64,000 nt of DNA, taken from contig NC_042998.1 of assembly GCF_006345805.1 (NCBI RefSeq), positions 179,986,001 through 180,050,000 on the forward strand, in the 5' to 3' direction. This stretch comes from Octopus sinensis (Eukaryota). This document shows, one piece after another, positions 22,056 to 35,969 of the stretch; the stretch's first letter is position 1; each line of letters opens with the position of its first letter. The notes beneath the pieces are model-generated. The model had not been told where the DNA came from. It saw nothing but the letters and a program-made list of their open reading frames with translations, and searched no databases. The position numbers were made by a program, and so were the translations under genes.

Positions 22056-24397
22056 TACATTCTTATTGACCACGAGGGCTAGAAAACATTTAGGGCAATA
22101 CAAAAACAAATTGAAGATCTATATAAACGCATAAACAATAAAAGCGATAACAAAAATTCTTAAAACAAAATTCGCCAGCAAGTGGGGAAGACTCTACCCA
22201 AGGGTAATCAAGAAATCCCATAGACCCTGAGACAACTTATTCACCAAGGTGTACCATGGCAAGTGCTTCTCTCTATGTGTCTGTCTGTCTGTCCGTCTCT
22301 CTCTCTCTCTTCACTTTAAACTTCAGCCTATAGGCATCAGTTTAGACTGGGCCCAATCACTCAGGAAATCTTCATCTGTTTTTTCCGCCTTTCAACAAAT
22401 TTACTTCTACAATAGTAGTTCAAGGGTTTCTACGTACAAAAAGGTAGAGAGTAGGCATACTTGATGGACGGAACTCATGATACTGAATGATACCGGCAAG
22501 TAGCTATTTACTCTGTCTACTGAGCAAATATCACTTATCAGTGATCTAGGCTCTAAATACTGGCCTGAAACTAGCCACCTCCAGGACAACAGCCTAATAC
22601 TCATAGTGGACTCTATTGAAAGTTGCCGACATATCTTAATTGATTCCAGGTTTTTACTCATCTTTTCTGTAACGCAATGAGGGTAGATCTGTTTGGTATG
22701 GCAAGTGTCTGTACCTCACCTACTAGCGTATCGTCGACAAGTATCAACCTCTTAGCTAACAACCTGTCCAAAATCTTTATCTCTGGATCTATCAGAGTTA
22801 CGGAGCTGAACTTCTTAAATTCATCTCCTTTCTCGGGTCCTCTCTCAGTTGCACCACTACATCGCTTTTCGCATGCCTGGGAATTTTTCGGTTCTGTTGC
22901 CAGTTACTGTAGATATCTACCAAAAGGTACTCGAGCATATCTGACATATGAAAATAAAGCTCGTCGGGCAGACCACATAGCCCCAGCGACTTCTATCTCG
23001 AGAAGTCAGCCACCGCTTCCTTTCTTTCGTCATCACCCTTTCCTAGAACTCTGCATCTTCAAGTCAAGAGCTGAGGCAGACATCGAGTGAAATTCCAACT
23101 TTGCTAAAGACCACTGTCACTTCCGGTCCCCCGTCCGCTCCAAACAGTTGGGCAAAGTACTCCTGAGTAGCCGCACACATCTGCTTGGAATCAAGTAGCA
23201 CACGTACCTCCCAACCCATCAAAATCGAGTTTTAGATTTATTGTTGCATTGCACTTCTCTGCAATAGCTTTCGTTCCCTGGTGTTTCAAACTCTGACAAC
23301 GTAACATTCGTGCTTATCGTTGAAGAATCGGTCAAGGCGAATCTTATCATCAGTATATCAATCAGTGTTTTTTAAGCGCCTCTTCTAGGTTACTCAATAG
23401 CTAACTCTCTACTCTACAATTCTCTATTACTATTTTCTTACTAAACCTAATTGATTCTAGTCTAATAGCCCTATTCTAGACTACCCCCACCCCATCGGTT
23501 GCTGACGACTACCATCGTCAACTCCTTTTAAACTAGTATCAATAATTCGGTCTCTGTAAACATGGCACGATGCAAAAGATGCGTTGAGTTTCCAGTAAAA
23601 GTGTTCTGTCCGAGTAGCCTACCTACGTCGACCTCACAGATCACAAATTTGTAGACTTTATAGCTGACAACTTTGAATTGTGAACAACCTGTGCTACCAG
23701 ATTGTAGAATGCTCTCTCTATATACGATTGGGATGGTCTCTGCCCATGTCAACCCTAACGCGTTCTGGAAATCCAGTTGGTATCTGACACCAATCGGAAA
23801 CGACTGAGCAGGTTTGAAAGGCTTTTACATCACCCCTCTCTCCTATCAGCAAGCCCTAGGCAATCCAAGCTGGCGTTCAAATCGCCCATAGTAGGATGTT
23901 TCCAGGAGAACCGGAACACGCTTGAAGAAATCCAGCCGCTCTGCGCTAGTCACGTAATTCACGGCGACTTATCTAAACACATTATCTTCGCTTTCGTTCA
24001 TGTCCAGTATCTTCATCTTACCCTCCAGATCCAGGAAGATCGATTGTATCTTGAGGTCTAGGCCTTCTGAAATAACTGGGTAAGAGATGCAAAGATCTCA
24101 AAATCTCCAAACATGAGTGCTAAGGCAAGTGCATTGATAATCCTGGTCTCGGTGATGATTATCACATCCAAACCTAGTGACCTGAAATCATTGAGCAGGT
24201 GATGCTGCGTTCAGGGTGACCCTGGCCACACAGATTATATGACTTGCTCTGTATTCCGTGGAGGACGTAATACAAGTAATCAACAGCTGTCCAAAAATGA
24301 CATCGATGCGATGGTGTTGCTGAAACAATATACAATGCCATCTGCAGAAATGACTGCCTTCAGATAAATATAACACTCGAGCTACCGAACACATATC
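22056..24397 (-). mobile_element. Old Tx1/L1-like LINE (APE endonuclease plus RT, internally deleted, many stops)
   Basis: Minus translation DVIIITETRI (APE N-term), GDLNASLD, KSLGLCGLPDELY...NWQQNRKIP...KILDRLLAKRL, collinear with 41445-43100; jumps to a terminus CCCTCGTGGTCAATAAGAA. Confidence 0.8.
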
Positions 24398-24409
24398 TAC
24401 ATACATACA

Positions 24410-24441
<32 letters not shown>

Positions 24442-25823
24442 CATACATACATTTTAGTATAAGGAATATTGGTGGAACATTCCCATCAGAACTTCTACTA
24501 AATGCAAACATAACTGACCTCTTATAGGTCTATGGGCCAGTAAATAAATATAATAGATGTTAATTATCTTGCAGATATGGACATCGCTTCTAAAATCAGC
24601 GAGAAAACTGCATCGAAGCCTGCAATTCCTCTACCCTCATTGTAAACATATGTTAATACTAATTAACAATCAACACTCGGTTACATTAGTAAATACCTAA
24701 GCCACAGTCAGAAGACAGGATTTTGAAGGATGAAAGCGTTTGGCTAACACGAACTTTAGTGACTCAATCTGCAAGTGAAACAGAACAAATACGCAAGACA
24801 TTTTCAAAGTTAGATATTTAACAATCACTGTCATTGTTATCCAAATTCCAATAATGGAGCTTTTGTTTCTTTGTTAGGAGTGACGTTTCTCATTCTAGAA
24901 GGAATACTAGGAAATAAAAAGCTAAACATACCCCAAACCATATACATACATACATACATATATATATATCCGAATTTGCGAGGATGATCCGGTTCTTGAC
25001 TGAGGAGAGAAAGCTTCGAATGACCTGTCCTTGTTTTTTTGTATGGTCTATCCGGATGTTTTGTTGTCCCTTTTTGTATCACCTAGTTGTCCGGATGCTT
25101 TGCGTTCTTGTCCCATTTTGTATATATATATATATGCGGTTTTACATGGATGTATTAAAATGCACAAAAATGATTGGGTACAGACATATTTGTACAAGCT
25201 ATATACTCATTAACAAATACTAGGTATTATTCAACACCTCTGTAGATGGTTATGTTATACATTTATGCATACGATATACTGTATATCAACAGCAATATTC
25301 TCGTCTCGCCTCCCAACCCAATCTGTACAATTTCGTTTCTCGTCTCTTTTTCTCATTCCCACTTCTTTATTACCTTCATTATATCTATTTTTCTCATCCT
25401 CCTGAATTCCTCATTTGTAGCTCTTTTTCTCAGCATCTCTTCCTCTCCTCGCCCTTATTCTCACAATTACTCAGATTGTATCTCTGCTTCCATTCCTACT
25501 AATCTACTCGCTAACTTAATTTTGAGACCATACAAATGACGTAAACGGACATCGGGAAGCCGTTATCACGCCTATCACTTTTTTTTTCGTATTTCTTTTC
25601 TTTGATAAATGATATAACCTGAAGCTTATATCATCTTCGATTTATGTTTATTTGGCGTAATTATTCTCATTGTTGATACTATTTAATTATTATTGTTTCA
25701 TCTTATCTTTCCTCAAATTTTCTACCACGTGGATTCCTCGTCTAACTATATATATTCTTTGTCCTGACTCATATTTTATTTGTTTTCACTCTTTCTCACT
25801 CTCTCTCTCTCTGTATATATATA

Positions 25824-25903
<80 letters not shown>

Positions 25904-26429
25904 ATATATGTATGTATGTATGTATTGTGTGTGTGTGAATGTGAGTGCGCGTGTGTGTATAAATAAAAGTTACAATAAAATGTATTACAAATTGCTGGAG
26001 TAATTGACTTAGCTAAGATCTCAGTGGAGAAACGAGTATCCAGGGAATTTGTACGCGGCTAATATAATCCCTAATATCGATTAATTGTTCAAAATGTTTT
26101 CTCTCCACATATCATATCCCAAACATAGAATTACATTCAAAGCGCCCGAAAGATAACCGTGTCGACAAGGAAAGCGTTTTCAATGCCTAAAATCGGATTG
26201 ACGGATCATCAGAGGAAAAGCTAACAATGGATTAAACGTAAACTACAACTTATATTTATAGATAACACACTGTGTCAGTCGGCTAACTACGGTTGGGAAT
26301 GGAAATTTCGACCTATGTTTCTATTAATTGTAATTGTAAATCGAATTACGATAAGCAATCAAACAGGCCGTCATAATTCAAGAAAATTTCAATCTACCGT
26401 TGTGATTATCGAATTATGAAATGTGAATA

Positions 26430-26760
26430 GAATTTAGAATCGAATTGTAAACTAATTCTAAGGGTAAATTCTTTACTAGGTTCCCAAAAGAACAAAATTC
26501 CTCCAGATATTTTATATATATATATATATGGTGAATCTCATGTTTACCAATGCTTGATCGTTTTAAGAGCTTCTCCCTAACCATTGTATGTTCCAAACAA
26601 AACGATATGTTCGTAGCTCTCGACAGACATATGTAGATTGCCAATTGACAATATTTGTTATTTATAAATATATTGTAGCAGTTTGTTCCGACTGCATTTT
26701 TGATTCTTCTCTGTTGAAACTTCATTCCCATTTTAATAACGGAAATTCATTTACATTTCG
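26430..26760 (-). mobile_element. Degraded Penelope-like GIY-YIG fragment
   Basis: Frameshifted pieces YIYK, STYVCR, EHT...KRSSIGKH resemble PLE endonuclease motifs. Confidence 0.4.
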
Positions 26761-27844
26761 AAACATATATTTGTCGGGAGCTACAAACACAACATTGTGT
26801 TTTGTGTGTATGTATATGAATGTATGCATGTATATATACATGTATGTATTTATGCATGTATGTCTGCACGTGACTAACTCTTATACAAATAGGCTTGAGA
26901 TCTTGCGCTTCGATGTTTGGACTTTAATTCTTATCTTGCGTTCCTCTCTCGTGGGATGGTTAAATTTTATAAAAAAGAACTATATATTGATTGAGTTGTG
27001 GATTGCTGTATTTATTTAGCTCTAGGTGAACTCTACCCAAGGAGACATATTATAATCAGACGACTTCCATTTGTGACCACCTCGTTTCTGAGTGACAGTG
27101 CATGCAAAACCTCAATGCCTAATACTTCCCTTCTTTTTCTAAAACAATAATTTTTAATTTGAGTGCTATTTGGCTGCTATTTCCAGTAAGTCTTGTGACC
27201 GCATCGAGACCACCTTCTCCTGTATTGATGTGAGACAAAGTTATGAAGTAGACATTGCTGTGTGATTAAGAATTCTGCTTTGCAAACACGTGGTTCTGTA
27301 ATCAATTTAATCAACAATAAACTTTTATGGGACACCAGGTAGAACTTACTATAAATATATTATATTTGCTTCATTTGATTCTTCAATAAATCCAAACTTG
27401 AGAATAACTTTAAATTATCGAAAGAGGAAAGTATTGAACAGTGTTTTATAGAACAAGGAAATAACTTCGCGTTATAAATTAAACTTTTAGCTCATTCACC
27501 AACAACCCTTACCGTAGAATCAAGTATGGGCGAACCAGCTGTGCAGGATGTGTCCACTTTTTGTATTGATTCCTAATTTATCTTTCACACATGCTGACTT
27601 CTGGGTATTTCTTTAGTTTGATTTATCAGCCAATCAAATATTTTAATATAAATTCCTATAGTTTGATATACAGACACGTAGAGATAAACTAATCAAATGT
27701 GCTACGTCCTTTCGGTCACTCTGGTATCTAAACTAAATATACACATTCTTCATCTATTCGTCTCTGTCTCACTATCTGTCTATATGGCTGTTTGTCTATC
27801 TCTATCTCTGTCTCCGTCTCTGCCTCGCTCTCTCTCAATACCCA

Positions 27845-27872
27845 CACGCATATATATATCTATATATCTATA

Positions 27873-27911
<39 letters not shown>

Positions 27912-28040
27912 TTAAATACATATTTCTATATGCACATATATATACACATACATACATATATGTATACACACAGACCAGACGCACACATGTACACACATAC
28001 ACACACTCATATACACACACACACATACACACACACACAT

Positions 28041-28073
<33 letters not shown>

Positions 28074-28110
28074 CATATATATAGAGAGGGACACTCGTAC
28101 ATCCATACGC

Positions 28111-28161
<51 letters not shown>

Positions 28162-28270
28162 TATATATATATACATATGTGTGTATATGTGTGTGTGGGT
28201 GGATGGGTGTATATATACATATTTATACATACGCACCCGCAGACACACACGCACACATACATACACACAT
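27845..28270. repeat. (TA)n/(CA)n compound microsatellite field
   Basis: Read directly from sequence. Confidence 0.95.
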
Positions 28271-28699
28271 ATACACGCACAAACACACACGGATATATCT
28301 TTATTCAAACGTACCACACATGCAGACATCTACGTGGGTGTGTGGGGGATTATGCACAGCACTATATTCTTCATTCATCCACTTACTCAATATATCAATT
28401 TGTGAATGATCTATTGGTGCAATCATTTCAGTGTTATGCCTTATAAAACCCGGTATTCAAACACTCCACTCTTTATCTATTCACACCAGATATATGGATG
28501 AAATAAAATCTTTGATCCAGTAACTGAAATATTTTGACCAATGATCCAGATATTCCCGATATATAAACCAAACAAATAATGGGCTGTGACTCTGAAAGTT
28601 CCAACTGTACAGGGTTAAATCTTATAATTGCAATAACAGTTTTAAAAGTTTTCTGAAACTGATTCTTTTGCTAACCAACGAACCAGCCAACCAAGCTAG

Positions 28700-28865
<166 letters not shown>

Positions 28866-29559
28866 TGGATGTGGTACACCGGACTCTCCATTTAAAAACA
28901 AATCTAATGTAATAATATCGGTGGAATCTGATAAAGGAACCCTTGGAAGACTTGAAGGGAGCGGCCTTTTAATGAAAATAATCATAAAAACGAAATTTTT
29001 CTGCCTTACAAAACACAGTTTCTCCCATGCACAGTGAAACATTGCGAAAGTCACATGCGAAATCAACACCGGAGAGCTTGCAAATTATAAAATATAAGTG
29101 GAACAAAACAGTAAGTACGTAAATTGATTAATTACGCATACACTCGAATATCTACACAATCATATATACATTTTAATACCCATAGGACTACACACACATC
29201 CCAATGCTTACACAATTACCTGAAATTCACACAAAGACGCATATGAAGGCATATGTCACAAACGAAGCAAAAAATAATAAGAAATTTTTTTGTTTTCCGA
29301 ACTAACACAGTGAACAATTCATAAGTTTAAAAACACATCAAAGACCGCATGTTATGTTGCAAAATTCCATTTACAAAATATGTTTCTTAATAAATATGTC
29401 CCAGTACAATGTGGTATCTATGAGAAAAGGTTTGGAGAGTTAAATAAATACATGGACCTTGAAATAGAGGCTCAAATATTTGGTAAATAGGAACGACAGA
29501 TGTGCCTCTTATAATCGGAGCTTAGAGGATAATACCAAATATTACTTTTAAATGCAGTA

Positions 29560-29790
29560 GAAACGTGTGGCTTAGTAGTTAGGATAATGGAGTAATATTC
29601 GTAAAATTATGGTTTCGATTCCTGGGTCGGGCGACGCGTCGTGTTCTTGAGCAAAATACTTTATTTCTCGTTACTCCAGTCCACTTACCAGACAGAAATG
29701 AGCAATCCTGTGACGGACCTGCATCCCATCCAGGTGAGAAATGTATACGCCATGAAAACCAGGAAACCGGGCCCATGATTCTATATGTTT
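29560..29790 (+). mobile_element. tRNA-headed SINE, family D
   Basis: GTGGCTTAGTAGTTAGG...GGTTTCGATTCC, central TCTTGAGCAAAATACTTTATTTC..CTCCAGTCCACT; related copies at 40405 and 58895. Confidence 0.8.
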
Positions 29791-30169
29791 CGGGAATGAT
29801 CTTTACTTCTTTTTTCATACTCTTAAATACAATTGTCAAACACTATGAAACCCCGAATTATCAGAACTACAAAAAATTGATCTCCTGGGGTATTATCCAA
29901 ATTCTAACACAAACACTGTCCACTTAAATATATTTGAATCTGTTAAACTTTCAAAATCACAAACATTGCAACAAACTTTTATCGAAATCTTAATTCTCAA
30001 TATTTCATCTTCTTTTTCATCTGCAATATATCATTGATACTCATAAATTACATCAACAGTAAAACGTCTAACTTGTTGTTACTTGGTGTCTCCAGGGAAG
30101 ACGTAGAAGACCTCCTATAAATAAAGCAACGACGAAAACAACAACGACAATAAGGTTACTTATTAATTC

Positions 30170-30365
30170 AAATTTCAATGCAAGACCAAAGATTGTAGAG
30201 GAAGTTTAAGTCGATTTCAACGACCCACGTCCCCAACTGGTGCTTTATTTTATCGACCCTGAAAGGCAATGGTTGACACTTGCGGGTTTTGAACTCCTAA
30301 TATAAAGAGAAGGAAGAAATGCCGCTAAGCATTTTGTCCGATTCGATAACTATTCTGCCAGTTCA
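30170..30365 (-). mobile_element. SINE family A, degraded
   Basis: TTTTATCGACCCTGAAAGG, GCCGCTAAGCATTTTGTCC, TTCTGCCAG. Confidence 0.75.
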
Positions 30366-30848
30366 TTAATAGCAATTAGTAAATCAATCAGTCAATAAAT
30401 CAGCAGCCAATTAGTCAGCCAGTTGATTAACCAATCAATCAATCAATCAATCAATCGATCATTCATTCATTCATCCATTCAAATAACTGACTACACAAAA
30501 CCATACAATTAAACAAGACATCGTTATCTAGAATTTCTATAAAAGTGACTAATATACATCTGAAATACGCTACAGCCTTTAACCCGGACCTTTACATGAC
30601 CTAGGGCACATCGGAGTATGGTTCCAGATCGATGAATCAATGAGCTTCTACTTCTGAAATCAATAGTTGCCACATTTCATCAACGTACGATTCTCACTGG
30701 TAATAGCAGAACTTCTTAAATAGAAGGAGACATTTGAAGGATTGATTTGGTACAATACTAGAACATTTGGTATGTTTACAGAAAATATGAATTCGTGTTC
30801 GATGGGCAGCCTTCGATATTTTCCAAGTAATGTTTTTTGTAACCCAAT

Positions 30849-30935
<87 letters not shown>

Positions 30936-31025
30936 CATACATACATACATACATACATAAGTATATATATATATATATATATATGTTTATACATATATAT
31001 ATATATACATGTATGCATGTATGTA

Positions 31026-31056
<31 letters not shown>

Positions 31057-31099
31057 TTATGTATAAACATATTTGTATATATAAGTTTTATATATATAT

Positions 31100-31142
<43 letters not shown>

Positions 31143-31779
31143 TTATTTATATATATGTATATATATATATATAAATACAAAATAGGGACAAGAACGCAAA
31201 ACATCTAGACAGATAATACAAAGAAAACAAGTACGGTCATTCGAAGTTTTTTATCCTCACTCGAGTTCCATATTATCTTTGCAATTTTGGCTGATTATAC
31301 TCGAGATTGCTCCAATTTGGCCAGCCACAAGGAAAATCTAAGCTAAGAGCATTATAGAGCACCGCATGTATGCGAAAACAAGGACGGAAAAATGGAGAAA
31401 TGTTGCACAAATACAAATACAAATAACAGGACATAACAACGAAGGACGAATTAAATTAAGCTGGCGTGTGTGGAAGTAAAGCCTTGCGGTAGGGACATGA
31501 GATTTGATAGACACAGGGAGGAATATAAATGTTGCATGGATGGTAGTCGAACCAAGAAAGAAAGGTCAGGCTCGGCCGAATACCGGTCACGCGAGGAGAG
31601 AAGAGAGAGAGGTAGAGGCAGAGCGATAGAAGAATTAAATATATGTATATACATATATATGTAGGCATATATATGTATACATATATATGTATATACATAT
31701 ATATATGTATATACATATATATATGTATATATATATATATATATGTATATATATGCGTGTATATATATATGTATATATA

Positions 31780-31825
<46 letters not shown>

Positions 31826-31832
31826 TATATAA

Positions 31833-32576
31833 AATTTAGATAAAACTTAGATATGTTTCGACCAAAGATTGGTCCAGGCCATGTCTATCTTAATAGCACC
31901 ACCTGATAGGATTATCTAAATCCTGTTTAAGTCAAATTTTGTTTATGGTCCATTCAAGTAATGAGTTTTTGTTGAGTGAGTTGTATCCAATTATGGCTGG
32001 CTTATCTGATATCCCTTGAAGGAATCTATCCAGACTCCGTTTAAAGTTGTTGGGATCCTTTTCCTCTTTGATCTCTTTCGGAACAATGTTAAATACGGCA
32101 GGGCCTGTTGAGGAAAAGAAATTATGTTGCAGTGTACATGTATGCTGTGATCTTGAATTGGGCAGGGGACGTATGGCCCGTGGTCCCAGTCTTGGATGAA
32201 CCTTGAAGCTAATGTTCAGGTCGTTTGGGAAAGTTGGCGGTATATTCTCCACATCATACAAATGATGTACCGCTCAAGGCGACGCTGGAGAGAGTAGAGT
32301 TTCAAGGCTTTAAGGCGATCTCAATAATCGAGAGCAGCCATGCCTTCAATTCGTTTAGTGAGTGCCCTCTGGGGTGATTCAATCCTCGAGATGTTTTGTC
32401 TTGTATGGGGAGACCACAGTGGGCAGCAGTATTCGAGGTGTGGCCGTACAAAGGAGGAGAAAAGTGGTATGATGATACCTTGTTCTCTGGACCGGAAAGT
32501 TCTTAAGATCCAGGAACTCATCCTACGAGCTATATACCTTATTGTTGATGTGTGCACTCCAACTGAGATCGTCATC

Positions 32577-32578
<2 letters not shown>
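31833..32578 (-). mobile_element. CR1-type LINE 3' fragment
   Basis: SWILRTFRSRE...LFSSFVRPHLEYCCPLWSPH...LKLYSL...STGPAVFNIVPKEIK...FKRSLDRFLQGISDKP; short 3' UTR with GGTGGTGCT...CATGGCC. Confidence 0.9.
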
Positions 32579-32633
<55 letters not shown>

Positions 32634-32664
32634 AAGATATATATATATATATATATCTATATAT

Positions 32665-33055
32665 AAGAAGCGAAGGACTAGACATACAACTAGCCCACTC
32701 CAGCCTCTCGCTGAGAAGACACCTAGCAAAGAAACGAGCAAGGGACAGCCATCAATGCACAGTGGCTAACTGCCCCACCCGTGACACAGATTTATGCTAA
32801 CCGGTAAATGTTGTGTATAGAATACAATATAAAAAATGCAACAAGTTCTGTGTGGGTAGCACAACAAGGCCGTTATACATTCGCTTCAAAGAACATCTAA
32901 ACACGCGAACCTCCTTCAGAAAACATCGCGAATGATGTCAGAACACCGACATCATAATGCATAACAGTCACATTTGAGGAAGCTATCCTTATAGACAGAA
33001 TAGAGCCCCAAATTATTAACAACAGACTGGAAATTAGCAATCAATTTATTATTTA
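32665..33055 (+). mobile_element. Penelope-like GIY-YIG endonuclease fragment
   Basis: HQCTVANCP...NVVYRIQYKKCNKFCVGSTTRPLYIRFKEHL...FRKH. Confidence 0.85.
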
Positions 33056-33324
33056 GCGACATCTGGGTGCGTGTAAGTTCATTTCTGGTAACATGCTCAT
33101 GCATTATTTAAAAAATATTAAAAAATTGTACATATAATACACGACTTAGAAGTAGCGCTGCGGATGTGCCAAAATACACGAGCTTGAGACATGGCCGCCC
33201 TCACGCACCTCTCAGGGGGAATTCCGGAAGGAACTTCGTGAAACCACTGCAGAGGCGCTTCCGGAAAAAAAAATGTCAGTAACCGTTGGAAAACCGATTA
33301 TAGCAATGACTCGACCAATTCTTA

Positions 33325-33370
33325 GCGATATCTGAAGAGGGAATTTTTATATTCCGAAATATATCAGAGT
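33325..33370 (+). ncRNA. Minimal hammerhead-like motif downstream of the Penelope-like GIY-YIG fragment, stem I degraded
   Basis: CTGAAGA-G-GGAAT-TTTTAT-ATTCC-GAAA-TATA-TC-AGAGT: intact core, 5-bp stem II, palindromic mini stem III, AUC triplet. Confidence 0.5.
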
Positions 33371-33447
33371 ATGAATAATTAGATTATAACAGTCATTACA
33401 GTACACTCTGCATTGTTGTACCATTCACGACACGTTACATTTCACCG

Positions 33448-33482
<35 letters not shown>

Positions 33483-33487
33483 TACAT

Positions 33488-33532
<45 letters not shown>

Positions 33533-33989
33533 TATATATATACATATACATATATACATATACATATAAATATATATATATATAATTATAGTGAGAGAGA
33601 GGGAGAGAGAGAGAGAGAGAGTTGAAAAGTGGTTAAGAATCAATACAAATCAAAATTTATGGTTTAAAAAGTAAATAAAGTTGGAAAAGGCACAGAAGTA
33701 TATATTAGAGAATGTTTAATATTTTTGTTACAGTGAATGTTTTAAAATATAAATGGTGTGGATATATCCATCTTATCAAATAGAAAGCATTTTTTGTGGA
33801 AGTCAGAGAAGAAACCCATATTTGAATACTTTGTTAAATATGGGTACAGACTGTTAAGTCCCGATTATATAAATAATGTCTTGCCACTCCCGACATAGTA
33901 AAAACAATGGACCAGGGACCCACCCATTGTAAACCTATAGCTAACAATGTCATTGTCCTCATTATGTGATGTTAAGAAATTAATATATC

Positions 33990-34280
33990 CATCAGCCATA
34001 GCGCAAGCCTCCACCCTATGTCTTGGGGGTCAACTTGCCAAAATTCTTCGGTTCCTTTTGTGTTGTGCTACATATATATACTAAGCGGGGCTCTTGTTTC
34101 TCGCCTATTCTTTGCTGTCATCAGTCCGAAACCGTCTTTGAAGGCCTCTTGCTCTCTTCCCCTCCACACTTCCTGAATGGTTCTAGGCAATGACTCGTGA
34201 CGCATTGTATCTCCAATATATGATAGCTTTGAAGACTTGATTCTCTATAATATGTGTTTGTGCACTATTCAGCTTTTCTA
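33990..34280 (-). mobile_element. RTE-like LINE C-terminal fragment
   Basis: Minus translation GSVEGKRARG...RTDDSKE, typical of the end of RTE ORFs. Confidence 0.6.
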
Positions 34281-34910
34281 GTTCTGCAATGTTTGCTATA
34301 CTTTACATAAAATCCACGTCCCGAAGGCATCTATATTATAATGGAGAAAGCTGTTTATTGATTAGGCGTGTAACAGTTACTAAAAGAAAGGAATTGTTAA
34401 AGGCTTCACCGTCTGGAAATATTTTTTATAAATTCATTTTCCAAGAAATTTTCTGTAATTTCGATTTCCGAAGTTTATTGAATATTTGAACTAAAAGCCT
34501 TTCACAAATTTAAATATTCGTTGCATTTACTGCAGAGTAGATTTTAATGTTTAATAAAAAATATTAATTTGTTTAATAAAAAAAATATTAATTTTATGTT
34601 TTCATTGTAACAGTCTCTCACTCTCTCTCGCCTCTCTTTTCAGTAATGATAATTTAATATATATTCATTTCAATGTTTTCATTCCAAATTTTCATTCGCT
34701 ATTTGCAAAACCCACAGTTTATTCTATATGCGTAATATATATAAAAAAAATATTTATTGAATGAATGAATGCTATTAGACAAAATGGCTGTATAACTTTG
34801 GGGCTTATGATACGAGGTAAAATTTCAATAATATCAGTATCCGGAGTTTGTTAAATGAATATTTTTGATAAAATGAAATTTTTTAATATACCGGTTTAAT
34901 TTAAACAAGA

Positions 34911-35969
34911 AATTAAGAAGTGATTTTGTTAGTATGACTGTTTGGAACCCTATGAGCCTTATAATAATAACTATGTGATCGCTGCTATTTCTAGCACGTT
35001 AATGTAGTTGGGTTACCTTAAAGCTTGTTTAAATTAGAGATATATTACAACTACGATAAATTTCTGAAAGAAATATTTACTAAGTAAGTGAGATTTTTCC
35101 AAAACTGAAGTTTTCAGGAAAATTTACTTTCTGAGCTTCCTTTTATTGTTGAATATTTCAAGTTCACTGATTTCAATATTCGGTATAAGATAGTTTTTTA
35201 CGAGTTCTTATTTATACGATTTTTCATTTCAAGATTTTTCATTTGTTGTTTGCAGTGTTCTCTCTCTGTCTCTGTCTGTCTCTCTATTTGCCTGTCTATC
35301 TCTCTCTCTCTCACACACACACTCACACACTGACCCTCTAATATAAACGCACACACTGTCCCTGTAATATAAGCACACACACATTCCAGGTTTGATTTCG
35401 TTATTACACAAATATCACACTAGAATTTTGCGATTCAACATGGGGCGTTTAAAAAATATGCGACTGAAAATAACACTTAGCAGCAAAGGCACGACGGCGG
35501 AGAGAAAGACAGGTAACTGAATCAGATAAAACCAGGCCAAAGCGACTGAAATAAATGTTCGTTAATAATAATTTACTTAATATATATTCATTGCAGTTTT
35601 TTCATTTCAAGTTTCATTTCGTTATTTCAGATGAGGACATCGGGTATTTTATTGACTTAAATTCCCTATGTAAATGCCATCAGTTTATTATCTATACATA
35701 CTGGAAAACAATTATATAACCTATTAGAACTTAATGAAGCTTCAGACTCATGTGACTTATTTCCTTTCCGTAATTATCTAAGAATTATGAAGTGAATTTG
35801 TTGCTATGGCTATTTGCTACGTTATAGATATTAAAATATCTCTGCTATTTTTTGATCGCTGCTATTTTTTGCACACTAAACTTAGTTGGACTACTTTGAT
35901 GTTTGTTTAAAAAAGAGAGCTTATGACTGTGATAAAATAATGAAAGCAATATTTACTAAGCAAGCGAGA
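34911..35969. repeat. Diverged dispersed duplication (34911-35093 and 35783-35969)
   Basis: AATTA.GAAGTGA.TTTGTT..TATG.CT.TTTG, TGATCGCTGCTATTT and AATATTTACTAAG.AAG.GAGA occur in the same order in both copies. Confidence 0.65.

Noticed and set aside
26180-26235. CTGATGA...GAAA on the minus strand near a PLE-like relic
   Set aside because: Stems II, III and I cannot be formed convincingly
34085-34135. CTGATGA...GAAAC on the minus strand
   Set aside because: Lies inside the RTE coding remnant (TDD codons) and no stems form
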